Shown: positions 49,401 through 58,683 of the stretch, in pieces | Numbering within the stretch: position 1 is the first letter of the stretch | Layout: every line of letters begins with the position of its first letter | Source of the DNA: Euglena gracilis | Taxonomy: Eukaryota | Assembly: GCA_039621445.1 (NCBI GenBank) | Contig: CP154954.1 | Coordinates: 28,175,037 to 28,239,036 of the forward strand | DNA: 64,000 nucleotides | Reading direction: 5' to 3' | Notes under the pieces: model-generated | Databases searched by the model: none | Seen by the model: the letters and a program-made list of their open reading frames with translations, nothing else | What the model was told of the DNA's origin: nothing | Program-made: the position numbers and the translations under genes

Positions 49401-52400
49401 TGTTGATTTTGATCCGGAGCTCTGCAATGACAACCCTCGGCTCGATTGGATGACCTCCACAGGCGTCGTGTCCCCCAGACCAACTCAGTGCCCCAAACCA
49501 GCTACGAAGTTCAGTAATTTGGAGTGGATTACGTGATGATCCCCTTACTGCACACCACAATGAGCCTCGCGTTGATTCTTTGTCCGCCCTGATTGCTTGG
49601 CCCGTGTTTTTCAACCAGTGACAGACAGAAGGCAATTGAACCCCCCCCCCCCCCCCGCGTGTTATTGATCCTCTGGGCTGTTGGCCCATTTTGCCCCCCG
49701 TCCTCTGCTGCGCCCAACCTGACCCCCCCCCGAAAAAGGTTGCGCTGAAAAAAAGTGGACTGGGAACCTGCTCGGAGGCGACCATTTCAAACCCCCCCCC
49801 CCACAAGGCTGGACATCCCCCACTTGTTCAGGTGGATTCATCCCCGGATGTGTGGCCGCTGTGCCTTGTGATGACCACCACCGTTGCACACCACCGAAAT
49901 GAATTGTGATTCGTGTACGGAGTCTGGAGTCTGATGGCCCATGGCAATGGGTTGAGATGGATTGTCCCCTCAAGAACGCAATTGTCTTGCCCCAGCTGTT
50001 TGTTCACATGCAGTTACCCTGAATTGGCATTGGATGGGCTGACATGATGCACATCATATTTCTCAACACCAGAGTTCACACTGTGATGGCACAATGATTC
50101 CCCTGGCTGATCAGCATCCGTCTCTCCAGGGGCACAGAAAACGGGTGGGGCGGCCATTGACGGCTGCCAATGTGGTGGGAGGGAGGATTAGCTTTGCTGT
50201 TTGGCCCGGAGCTCTGCAATGACACCCATAGGCTCGATTGGATGACCTCCACCGGCAGCCACAGCCCCTCCTCCTGAATGGCAAGCACACTGGACTGGCG
50301 GGAATGCTGTTTTGGATAATGATTCGTTTGTCTGTGGTGCTGTGGTAGGTTGGCTTTGCCTGGAGAGGGCTCAATTTCCCCCACCCGCCTTCCCCGCACC
50401 AGCCCTGGCTCATCCAGGCAAGGATGAGTTAGTTGATCCAGCTCATAGGGATTGTGAAATGAATCAGCTTGGAAGGGAGGATTGATTATGTTGATTTTGA
50501 TCCGGAGCTTTTGCAATGACACCCATCGGCTCGATTGGATGACCTCCACAGGTGACCCTCAGACCAATTCAGATCCCCAATTTTGGCACAATGGCAAAGC
50601 CCAGGAAATCAGTTCCAGATTACCGTGCGTTGCACCAAAAGGAAAGAAAGCCCACAAAATGTTTTCGTGCAAATGGTTTTGGTGAGAGCCAAATGCATGT
50701 GCTCTGTGGGCGGGGGATTTTCCCCTCCGGTGGGTATCATGTTCAGCATCAGCTGCCCCACCCACCCCAATTGTTGACCAGGAGAAGGCTTCTGATTCTG
50801 ATTTGGTGCTTGGCAATGACAGTCACCAGCTCGACTGAATGACCAGCAACAGCCAAGTGCTGGGGCGAAAGGAAGCGTAACCCCCCGAGTGCCATTCGGG
50901 GCAAAGCAAATTGGGTGGACATTGTATTTCTTCAGAAGAGATAATCCATTTGGTGGGTAAATTGAATTGTTGGAAAATGGAAGGTGCAAAGGAAGAAGAG
51001 CAATTTGTATGAACCACCCAAATATCCTGGCAGTGTACGAACAACCTTGCAAAGGGCAAGGCAACAAGATTGTTCTTGTCTTTTGGCACCCCGCCAGGTC
51101 ATTTTGGGAGGGGGTTTTGATTTGGTGGTGAATGCAGTTGAAGGCGTGGAGGCCACCTCCAAAATTTTTATCCCCCCCCTCGCCCCAAATGGTACCTTGG
51201 GGTTATGATTTTTTAAGGCTCAATTTTTAAAAATTTCAAAGTTTTTTTTGATTTTTGTTTTAGTTTTGTTTATAGGATTTTAATGTTCAATTTTAAGGCA
51301 CTTTTTAAAATTTCATTGTATCTCTTTTCCAGGGGAAGTACAAGGGCCATCTGGATCAGGGATTTTTTTAAGTTTGGACCCCCGGGGGGGGGGGAGGGGG
51401 GGTAGGGTGGGTGGGTCCGCCGGACCCCCTCCCCCCCCCCCCCCGGGGGGGGGGGGGGTATACTTTTCGGCGCCGCACGGGCCGAAAAAATTCTATTTTT
51501 AGCACTTTTCGCGATTTTTCGGCCATTTTTGTGGGTCCCCCGGGACCCCCTCCCCCCCAGGGGGGTGGGTGGGTGGGGGGGACCCCCCCCCCGGTCTTAA
51601 AAAAACCCCTGATCTGGATGTCAAATGGCCTAAAATTAGAAAAAAGGTTGAAAAACTTTTTTTTCGGGTCTGGGTTGATGGTGGATGTTCCAGGGATGCC
51701 CGAAATCGTTTTTTCCCCCAGGATTGGCCTGTTTTTGCTGAGATATTGCAAAAGCATGTGAAGAATTTCGAAAATTTTCCAGAATGATTTTTTAAGGGTT
51801 CCCAAGGACCTTCAAGGCACCCTAAAAGAATAACCCCCTGACGATCCCAACAGCTCCCCAAACCCCCCCACATGCAGCCTGGGTTTTTACCTCCTGCTTG
51901 GTTGTGTGTACCGTCAGCGGTCAAGTTGCTCATATTCCCTCATTTGGATTTCATTCCAAGAGGGGCCGCAAGCAGCTGAGATTTGTGCGTGATTGAATGC
52001 AATTGCAGAGACGCTTTTTATTCCTTCAGGCAAGAACCCTCTTTTGGATGAGGCGGTTGTGTGGTGCTGTGGTGGGTTGAGTGAGTCGAACCCACTCATC
52101 TGGTGTTGCCTGGTTCAGACACCCAACCACAGCCTTGGCCCATCCAGGCAAGCAGAGGTTGAGAATTGAATGGTCCGAGGTTTTTTTGGAAAAAAATCCC
52201 TGCAGTGGTCAAAAGGACAACAAAATTGGGGATTGTGAGTTTCTGACAGAAGGCAGCTTGGAGGGGAGGATTAACCATTTTGATATTGATCCGGAGCTTT
52301 GCAATGACACCCATCGGCTCGATTGGATGACCCCCACAAGTGTGCCACTCTGCGCTGGCAGCAGCGGGCTGATCATCTCCGCAAGGTGGGGAATGGTTTG

Positions 52401-55400
52401 CGGATTGACATACACAGGGGCGGGAACTGGAATTAGTGTGCATTTTGATTTGTTTGAGAATTTGAACTGCAGGGGATATGAATGCGAGGGACGGACGGAA
52501 GGCAATTGACACAGGGAAGGGCAAGCGGGAACCAGTTTTGGCAATGCATCTCCACTGCACCAAATTGTAAATTGTTGAGATGTCAATTGTAAAAGGTTGC
52601 AATCTTATTGAAATCGTATTACAATCAATGTAAGTTGTTATAAAGGGAAAGGAAAGTACATACGCCAGTTGTGTTTGCTCATTGCGTTTTGGGGCCAGAG
52701 GATGGATGTGAATCTCGTTGAACCGAACGCATTGTGAAGGAGATGGCTTGGATTGCTGACCGCCAGTTGGGGAGGTTTGTTAGTTGTTGAGAAGGGAAGG
52801 GAATTTATCACAGTGTGATTGTGATGAAGGACTGGGTCTCGCAGCGCCGGTTGTGGGGCATCCTGGTGCGCACCTGCGCTTGAGGACACGGTTCCTTCGG
52901 CCCTGCCTTGTCACCCTCGGACCACGTCTCGGGGTCCGTGATGGCAGCGTACGTCGTCAGAGCGCAAATGCGAGCACCGGACCACCGTTGAGGCAGTCGG
53001 GCGTTGGTGGCGGACGTGTTCACCTGGCTGTACCACCCACACCGAGTGTTCGCACGTCCCTCACGCACGCGTGCACGGCCCAAGGGGGACACACCCGCTC
53101 CCTGAACGTTCCTTTGTGTGTGTGCGGCCACGGGTTTCAAACAGTGGCCGCCGTGGGCAACAACCAGGGGGGGTCCCCAACGCGCGCACATGGGCACGAC
53201 ACTTTCGGGATGCTTCGCCCCTCTGGCCTGGCCGTTGAACCCACGCCACGGGGTCCCTCGTCCACACCTCAATTGGACACACCTGCGCCCGAAGTGTGTG
53301 TGTCCCCGTGCGCAGGTGCGCGCGGTTCGGTGCTGGGTGTGGGCCCATCTGGCTCGGGGGTATCCAACACGGCGGCGGTGGGCTTGCAGCCCCTGTGTGC
53401 CTGATGTGGGTTCCGGAGTCCTCCGGTGACCGACTTTCGGTCCTGCAGCGATCGGTGGGTTCTGCAGGCGTTGCCCTCAAAACAGAGTGTGTCCCCTCCC
53501 TGCCGCCACTCATTCCGGGGCCCCAGCACACAGGCACCTGCCACGATCTCACGGTAGGATCGCGCGCACCTGCGCTTGATCTTACTGATCCGTCGTGCGC
53601 ACCTGCGCCTGATTTTGGGGTCTGCTCAAGCGCAGGTGCGCGCGCCGGACGTGTCCTCACGGGCGCAGGTGCGCCCCATCGCGTCTTTCGTTCGGTTCAT
53701 GTCGTTCCCAGTGGGGGTTTTGACCACAGCCGGTCCCAAAACCGCGGACGATCCGGTTTTCGGGCCCGAAAACCCTTAAGTGCCATTACTGCCGCCTAAG
53801 TTTTTTAGCTTCTTTTGGCCACTTTGGCGAAAAGAGTTGGCTAGAGTGTCCTCAAAAGGCTTCAGAAAGCTGCTAAAAGCAGTCAAAAGCAAACAGTGGC
53901 CAAACGTTGGCGAAATTGGCCAAGAATTCTCAAAAGCAGCAAAAAGTATCTGAACGTTGGCACAGATGGCCAAAGCGCAGCAAAAAAGCGGCCAGGGTTA
54001 GTGTTAGGGTGTCGTGACAGCCAGAAGTTGAAGCAGCCCAAAGTGGGCAAAAAGTGGGCAAAGAACGCCAAAATGTGGCCAAACAACAAATGGCCAAACA
54101 GCCTCCCTCAAAGTTGGGATGGTTGGGATCTCTGTTGGCGTGCTGGGCTTGACTGGGCACGATTGGGCCTGGGACTCTGGATGACCATAGGTGCTAGATG
54201 ACCTCCACAGGTGTCCCTCAAACCAATTCAACTCAAACCAATTCAGATCCCCAATCCAGCTGCCATGGCAAAGCCTAGAAAATCAGTTTTTTTTCCCGGA
54301 TTATTGTGCAAGGAAAAGGCCAATAATTTTCAAATTGCCTGTGCCCCCCCCCAATATTGAGCCGTCTTGGAGCATTCCCAAAGAATTTCCAGCGCCCGGA
54401 GCTCACCCAGGTCTTTTTGCTTCATTTCTGGACTGCCCTGTTTGCCCGCCCCTCGCAGGACCGCTTTGCCCGCCGCCGGGGGAGCCTGCCCCACCTGCGC
54501 AGCGAGGAGGAGGGGCTGGAGCTGTTCGGCGCCGGCAGCCCCGCCCTGCACAGCCTGGTCTACGCCGCACCGCGGCCCTACCCCATCTCGCCCCCGTTCC
54601 ACTGCCAGCGTTTCCCCGGTCCAAAACGATCTCCGGTCCAAAACGATCCGCTGCACTGGCAGGGGGGAGGAAATGTGTTTCGAATTTTTGCGCATTTTTT
54701 GCGCATTTTCCGAATTTTTGGGAAATGCGCATTTTTTCGCATTTTTTCGATTTTTTTCGCGCATTTTTTTTGCACCTTAAGAATTTCTGGCTTTTTTTAC
54801 ATGTTGCAGTTTCATTTTGGCTTTTTTGATTTTGATTGTATATTATCAAATTGCTCTTTGATCAATGTTGTATTGACGCTGAGTTATGTTGTTTGATTTG
54901 TGCTCTGTTCTGACCCTTTTTGAAAGAAATTTTTTGCGCATTTTTCCCATTTTCCCACTTTTTTTTTACACTTTTGGAAGCATTTTGTCGATATTCAAAA
55001 AAAGCTTTGGGTGATCAGGTGTGGGTATTCATCCAATGATGATGAGGACACTAGGGTTTTCAGAGACCCCGCATCGAATCCTACTCCCCAGGTCACAAGT
55101 AAGAGGCACCATGGCTGACATTGTTGGTTATGGTGAATAGAGAGTGACGCCTTGCTCATGCATTTTTTTTGGCCAAAAATGCCTTCATTTCAGCTGTTTT
55201 TGGTGATTTTGGTTCAATTTTGGGCTCATTGTTGGAAATTTTTCTAAGTCTTTTTTCCATTAGGAATGTACAAACTCAGCGCATTTTTTGCGCATTTTTC
55301 CCGAGGGCCGCCCAGCGCATTCCCCCCCCCCCCCTGTACTGGTTCAGAAGAAAGGAAGGTGATAAATGAAAAGAAAGCCGGGCAATCGTGTGGAACGGAT

Positions 55401-58400
55401 ATACCTGAAATGGGTGTGGTGTTCATGGTGCCCATTTTTGTGCGGTGGTTGCTGCGTGTGGTGGCACCACACCGTGGTGGAGTGGTCTTTGTCATGCTTG
55501 CGATTGCTGTCCGGAGACAGTTGGCAGGGTATGAACCATTGGGATGGGCCCCCGGCAGTGTTTCCAGCTCACATCTTGTCTTCGACCCTGGACGCCAAGG
55601 GTGTGCTGCCTGCTTCGCTCTCCTGTCTCATTCTGGGTTGAAGCTGAAAAATGGGGGGGATCCATAAATGTCTTATTTTGGGCAAAATTAAGAGTTTGAA
55701 GTGAGAAAGCCTTCTTGGCTTGCAAATCCCAAAATGATCCACACACACCATTTGGGGTTTATAAATGGCAGGGTTGTGGCGTGGAACAAACAATGTGTGC
55801 ATTCTTGGGGGTGAAGTGGAAATTGAACAACACCCAAAAAAAACAATATTTTTTGTTCTGTTTTGGCATTGCTTTGTTCTTTGGACGCTTTCGCCCACCA
55901 TTCCAGGTGATTGGTTTGCCAAACAGGTGTTCCAACATCCGATTTGAATCAGCCAATTCCCTTCTCGCAGGGCACATTGGTGAAGGGAGCCCGTCGCAAG
56001 CAAGCTGAGCCACCGGGGCAGGTGTTCTTTTGATGGCAAAGGGCGGATAGAGGTGTAGCAAAGCTCGGCGCCCACTGGCAAATTCACCCCCGCCTGACAC
56101 TGACACGGGTGGGGGTGCCTTTTTTTCCCAAGGGAGGTGGTCAGAATGGGTGAGTTTTTAGTGGGCTGCCCCCCCCCCCCCAGGCCTCATCCCTCCACCC
56201 TCGTCGCCCCCCTCTTCCCCATGTTAACGATAATTCATTTTTCCATGTTTTTTTTTGTGTCATTGCTCTTGAATGTTTTTGCAGTGTCTATTTTTGGCTG
56301 TGCCCACAGGCCATTTTTGTGTTTTTTTTCTGCAAATAATTTTCCCCTTTTTTGACCCACAAGTGACCCAATATTATTTCCAGCAAATCCGAACATACAA
56401 AGAGGAACAGGAAAAAAATTTCCAGCTTTACCCTCTGACACCCCCCCATCAAGGTCAGTGTGGGCACCAATTTTTGGAACGCATGGTGGCCACTGCCTCA
56501 GCTTGCCATCAACCCCCATCCATCCCTGCAACAGACCCACCCATCTCTCCGGGGGCAGTGCTGGAGATGCCCATCGCCAGCCATTTGGCCACCACCCCTG
56601 CCATCCATGGGCACTTGCGCTCCATGGCAGAGAGCTTCTCTACCGCAAACCACAGGCTCCTGCCGAATTATGGTCGTGACCACGGTTCTTTTCCATGTTT
56701 TTCCATCATCAGGCAGCCGAGAGTGTTTACGTGCCTGATGCAGTGAGGTTCTAAGAATGCAGGAATGCAATGCTTTGCCAAAAAAATCACATAGACCTCG
56801 TTCTGGATGTTTGAATTGTATGTATTGTTTTGTTCAAAAAATTGCCAGAAGCTGTCCCCAGTTTTCCAACTCCCGTCTTATGTATTTTTCTGAGCAAAAT
56901 AAGTCGCATGCCACACAGCATTGGTGTGGTGCTTGGGTCTCGTTTCAGGGGAGGCTGCCTCTGCAAATGCAAAGTTTTTTCTTCACCCCAACAATCACAC
57001 CAACAACATTATTTCCTGACAGGGCCACGGGACCATATGAGGCGGGAAGTTTTTTTTTGCTGAGGACCACCATCAGGCCTAATTGACGTTTGGGCTGGTT
57101 TGGCAATGATCCAACGATGCCAAATGAGGTCTCCCCTGTGTGGATTGTTTTCCCTGAGGATTTCAAATTCTCCCCCGTTTCTTATGGATGTTTTTGGTTG
57201 ATTATGTTGGGACCAGTCATTTTTTTAAGCACCGGCCGCCCCCCCCCCCCCCCGGGGGGTGACTGGTTTTTTCAGAGTGACTGACTGGTTTTTGGCCCGG
57301 ACCCCCTCCCCCCCGGAGGGTGGTCGGCCAAAAAATGGGTTGACCCCGGCGCCGGAAAAAATTTTTTGGCCTAAAGTGACTGGAAAGTGGCCGACCCCCC
57401 CCCCCCCGGGGGGGGGGGGGAGTGACTGGCTGGTTTTCCCAAAATGAGTGACTGATTGGATTTTAAAAAAAAAGTGGAGTGACCCCCTCCCCCCCCCTGG
57501 GGGGCTCGGTAAAAAAAATTGTATGGTTGGGACCAGGGCGGTCCATGAGGGACAGGATATTTTTTTTCTTTTGTCAACCTGGTTTTGCAAAAATATGACC
57601 ATTTTTGGTCATATTTTTGGTCATATTTTTTCCTGTAGATTTTGCATTGAATGTGCTGGGACAGGAAGTTTCACAAACAAAACAGAAGGTTGTGCTGTCC
57701 AAGCCAGGGCGGTCCTTGAGAGTGCAAAGGGGAAAGGGACCGTGGTCCGACGTTGATGATTGGCGAGAGGCAAAGGGCCAGGAGGGTGCCAAGGGGGCCG
57801 CACGGTGGCTGAACCCCCTCCCCGCCGTGGCAACCACGCCAGAATGGCAGTGGGGGTCGCATTCAACCAAAGCAGCCGTAAGCGCATCTGTGGTTCCATT
57901 GAGGTTGGGGTTCAAACCCTCATAACGGGGTACGGGGGTGCTCCCCCTCCTCCTGGACGAGAGGAGGCTCCAGACCACCTCCCCCCACCTGCCAAGGAGG
58001 TCTGGGCACCTGGGACCCCAAAAAATCAACATTTTCCTTCCGTGCTTTGCGACGACAATTTTTTGTTTTTCTGACAGGTTTTTGTTTACAAAGGCCCAAA
58101 ATGGCAATTTCGGCCATTTTCAGGGGCCAAAATTTTTTCGGCCCAGCTCTGTTCTTTGCACTCTTTGCCCTCATTTACATCGAATGCCTTGGGTGTTTGG
58201 GTTGGGGCAGGGTTTTGGGGGGGGGGCAGGGGGGGTGGTTGTTTGACAGAAGCAGGTGGGTGACCCCCTGGGGGTCACCAAGTGACCCGGCTTTGATTTT
58301 TTCGTGAGGAAGAGCTGGTCACCCTCTTGAGCCCAACACGTTGTATTCCCTTGTTGATGAGTATGCAGACGGAGCAATGTGCAGTGAGGATGAAGATGGC

Positions 58401-58412
58401 GTGGACGATTAG
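34417..58412 (+). CDS. MSTO1: Misato/DML1 tubulin-like protein, complete multi-exon gene
   Basis: Same 5' exons as copy 1 (34417.., 38014-38186, 38402-38536, 39457-39576, 39841-39983, 40054-40231), then 54459-~54600 DRFARRRGSLPHLRSEEEG...PRPYPISPPF, ~56534-56677 PGAVLEMPIASHLATTPAIHGHLRSMAESF, 57749-57775 DVDDWREAK and 58335-58412 NTLYSLVDEYADGAMCSEDEDGVDD-TAG, collinear with the Misato C-terminus as I recall it. Some internal junctions are unresolved. Confidence 0.8.
41250..41507 (+). pseudogene. SRCR-like (scavenger receptor cysteine-rich) degenerate fragment; copies at ~46630-46887 and ~52252-52509
   Basis: GSLEGRI...CND...WGTVCG...GAGTG...ENLNCRGYE recalls SRCR motifs EGRVE / WGTVCDD / GxGxG / L.C.G.E, but spacing and cysteines are incomplete and one copy is frameshifted. 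Confidence 0.45.
43251..43970. mobile_element. Two different MITEs stacked at one 8-bp target (43251-43522 and 43531-43970); repeated at 48613-48889 and 48898-49329
   Basis: ATCCGTAG-[CAGGCTGTTTTT...AAAAACAGCCTG]-ATCTGTAG-[CAGGCTTTTGCTTAAG...TTTAAACAAAAGCCTG]-ATCCGTAG. Confidence 0.9.
51357..51611. mobile_element. hAT-like MITE with a visible empty site
   Basis: Perfect TSD ATCTGGAT (51349-51356, 51612-51619); TIRs CAGGGATTTTTTTAAG / CTTAAAAAAACCCCTG (15/16); the paralogous unit has a single ATCTGGAT at 45988-45995. Confidence 0.97.
52833..53790. repeat. CpG-rich block with 33-bp-spaced GCGCACCTGCGC motifs and a terminal 20-bp palindrome; probable transposon end
   Basis: Motifs at 52868, 53277 (variant), 53310, 53564, 53597, 53630, 53663; palindrome GGTTTTCGGGCCCGAAAACC at 53755-53774. 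Confidence 0.7.
56678..57748 (+). other. Non-conventional intron with CAC...GTG ends (3+4 spacing)
   Basis: GAC-CACGGTTCTTTTCC...GGAAAGGGACCGTG-GTCC; removal gives NYGR|DVDDWREAK; contains the MITE at 57214-57525. Confidence 0.6.
57214..57525. mobile_element. hAT-like MITE, same family as 14831-15193
   Basis: Perfect TSD GTTGGGAC (57206-57213, 57526-57533); ends CAGTCATTTTTTTA / TAAAAAAAATTGTATG; body similar to 14831-15193. Confidence 0.9.
57776..58334 (+). other. Non-conventional intron (last Misato intron)
   Basis: GGC-CAGGAGGGTG...CACCCTCTTG-AGCCC (one G-U pair); removal gives REAK|NTLYSLVDEY...stop. Confidence 0.7.
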
Positions 58413-58683
58413 TGCGCAGAAAGTTTTCCCTCGACGTTTGACTTGTTCAGTGTGATTTCTCCAGGCTTTTTGCTTTCTTTTAGGATTTTCTTTCAAGGAA
58501 CCCACAACCGGAGCGAAATTTGAAAGTCGAGTTTTGGGTGGATGGGGGAAGGCAGACGCACGTGCACGCAGAAGGCTGAGGGGGCACCGCTGCCCAACAC
58601 CTGTCCTGCCCACCCCGAGGGGGTGACTGGCTGATTTTTTTGGCACTCCCAGGAAGGACGCTGAGGGCGAAGCAACAGAGGGG

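Larger units (their letters stand above)
40680..52830 (+). repeat. Tandem array, ~5.36 kb unit, about 2.2 copies, inside a Misato intron
   Basis: Matching ORFs offset by 5362 bp (44714/50076, 45120/50482); units start near 40680, 46038 and 51662; the third is truncated at ~52830. Confidence 0.9.

Noticed and set aside
53564-53674. CRISPR-like repeat-spacer pattern
   Set aside because: Repeats are only 12 bp, flip orientation, number four, and there are no cas genes in this eukaryotic context.
53995-54010. Telomere-like GGGTTAGTGTTAGGGT
   Set aside because: Only about two imperfect units; not an array.
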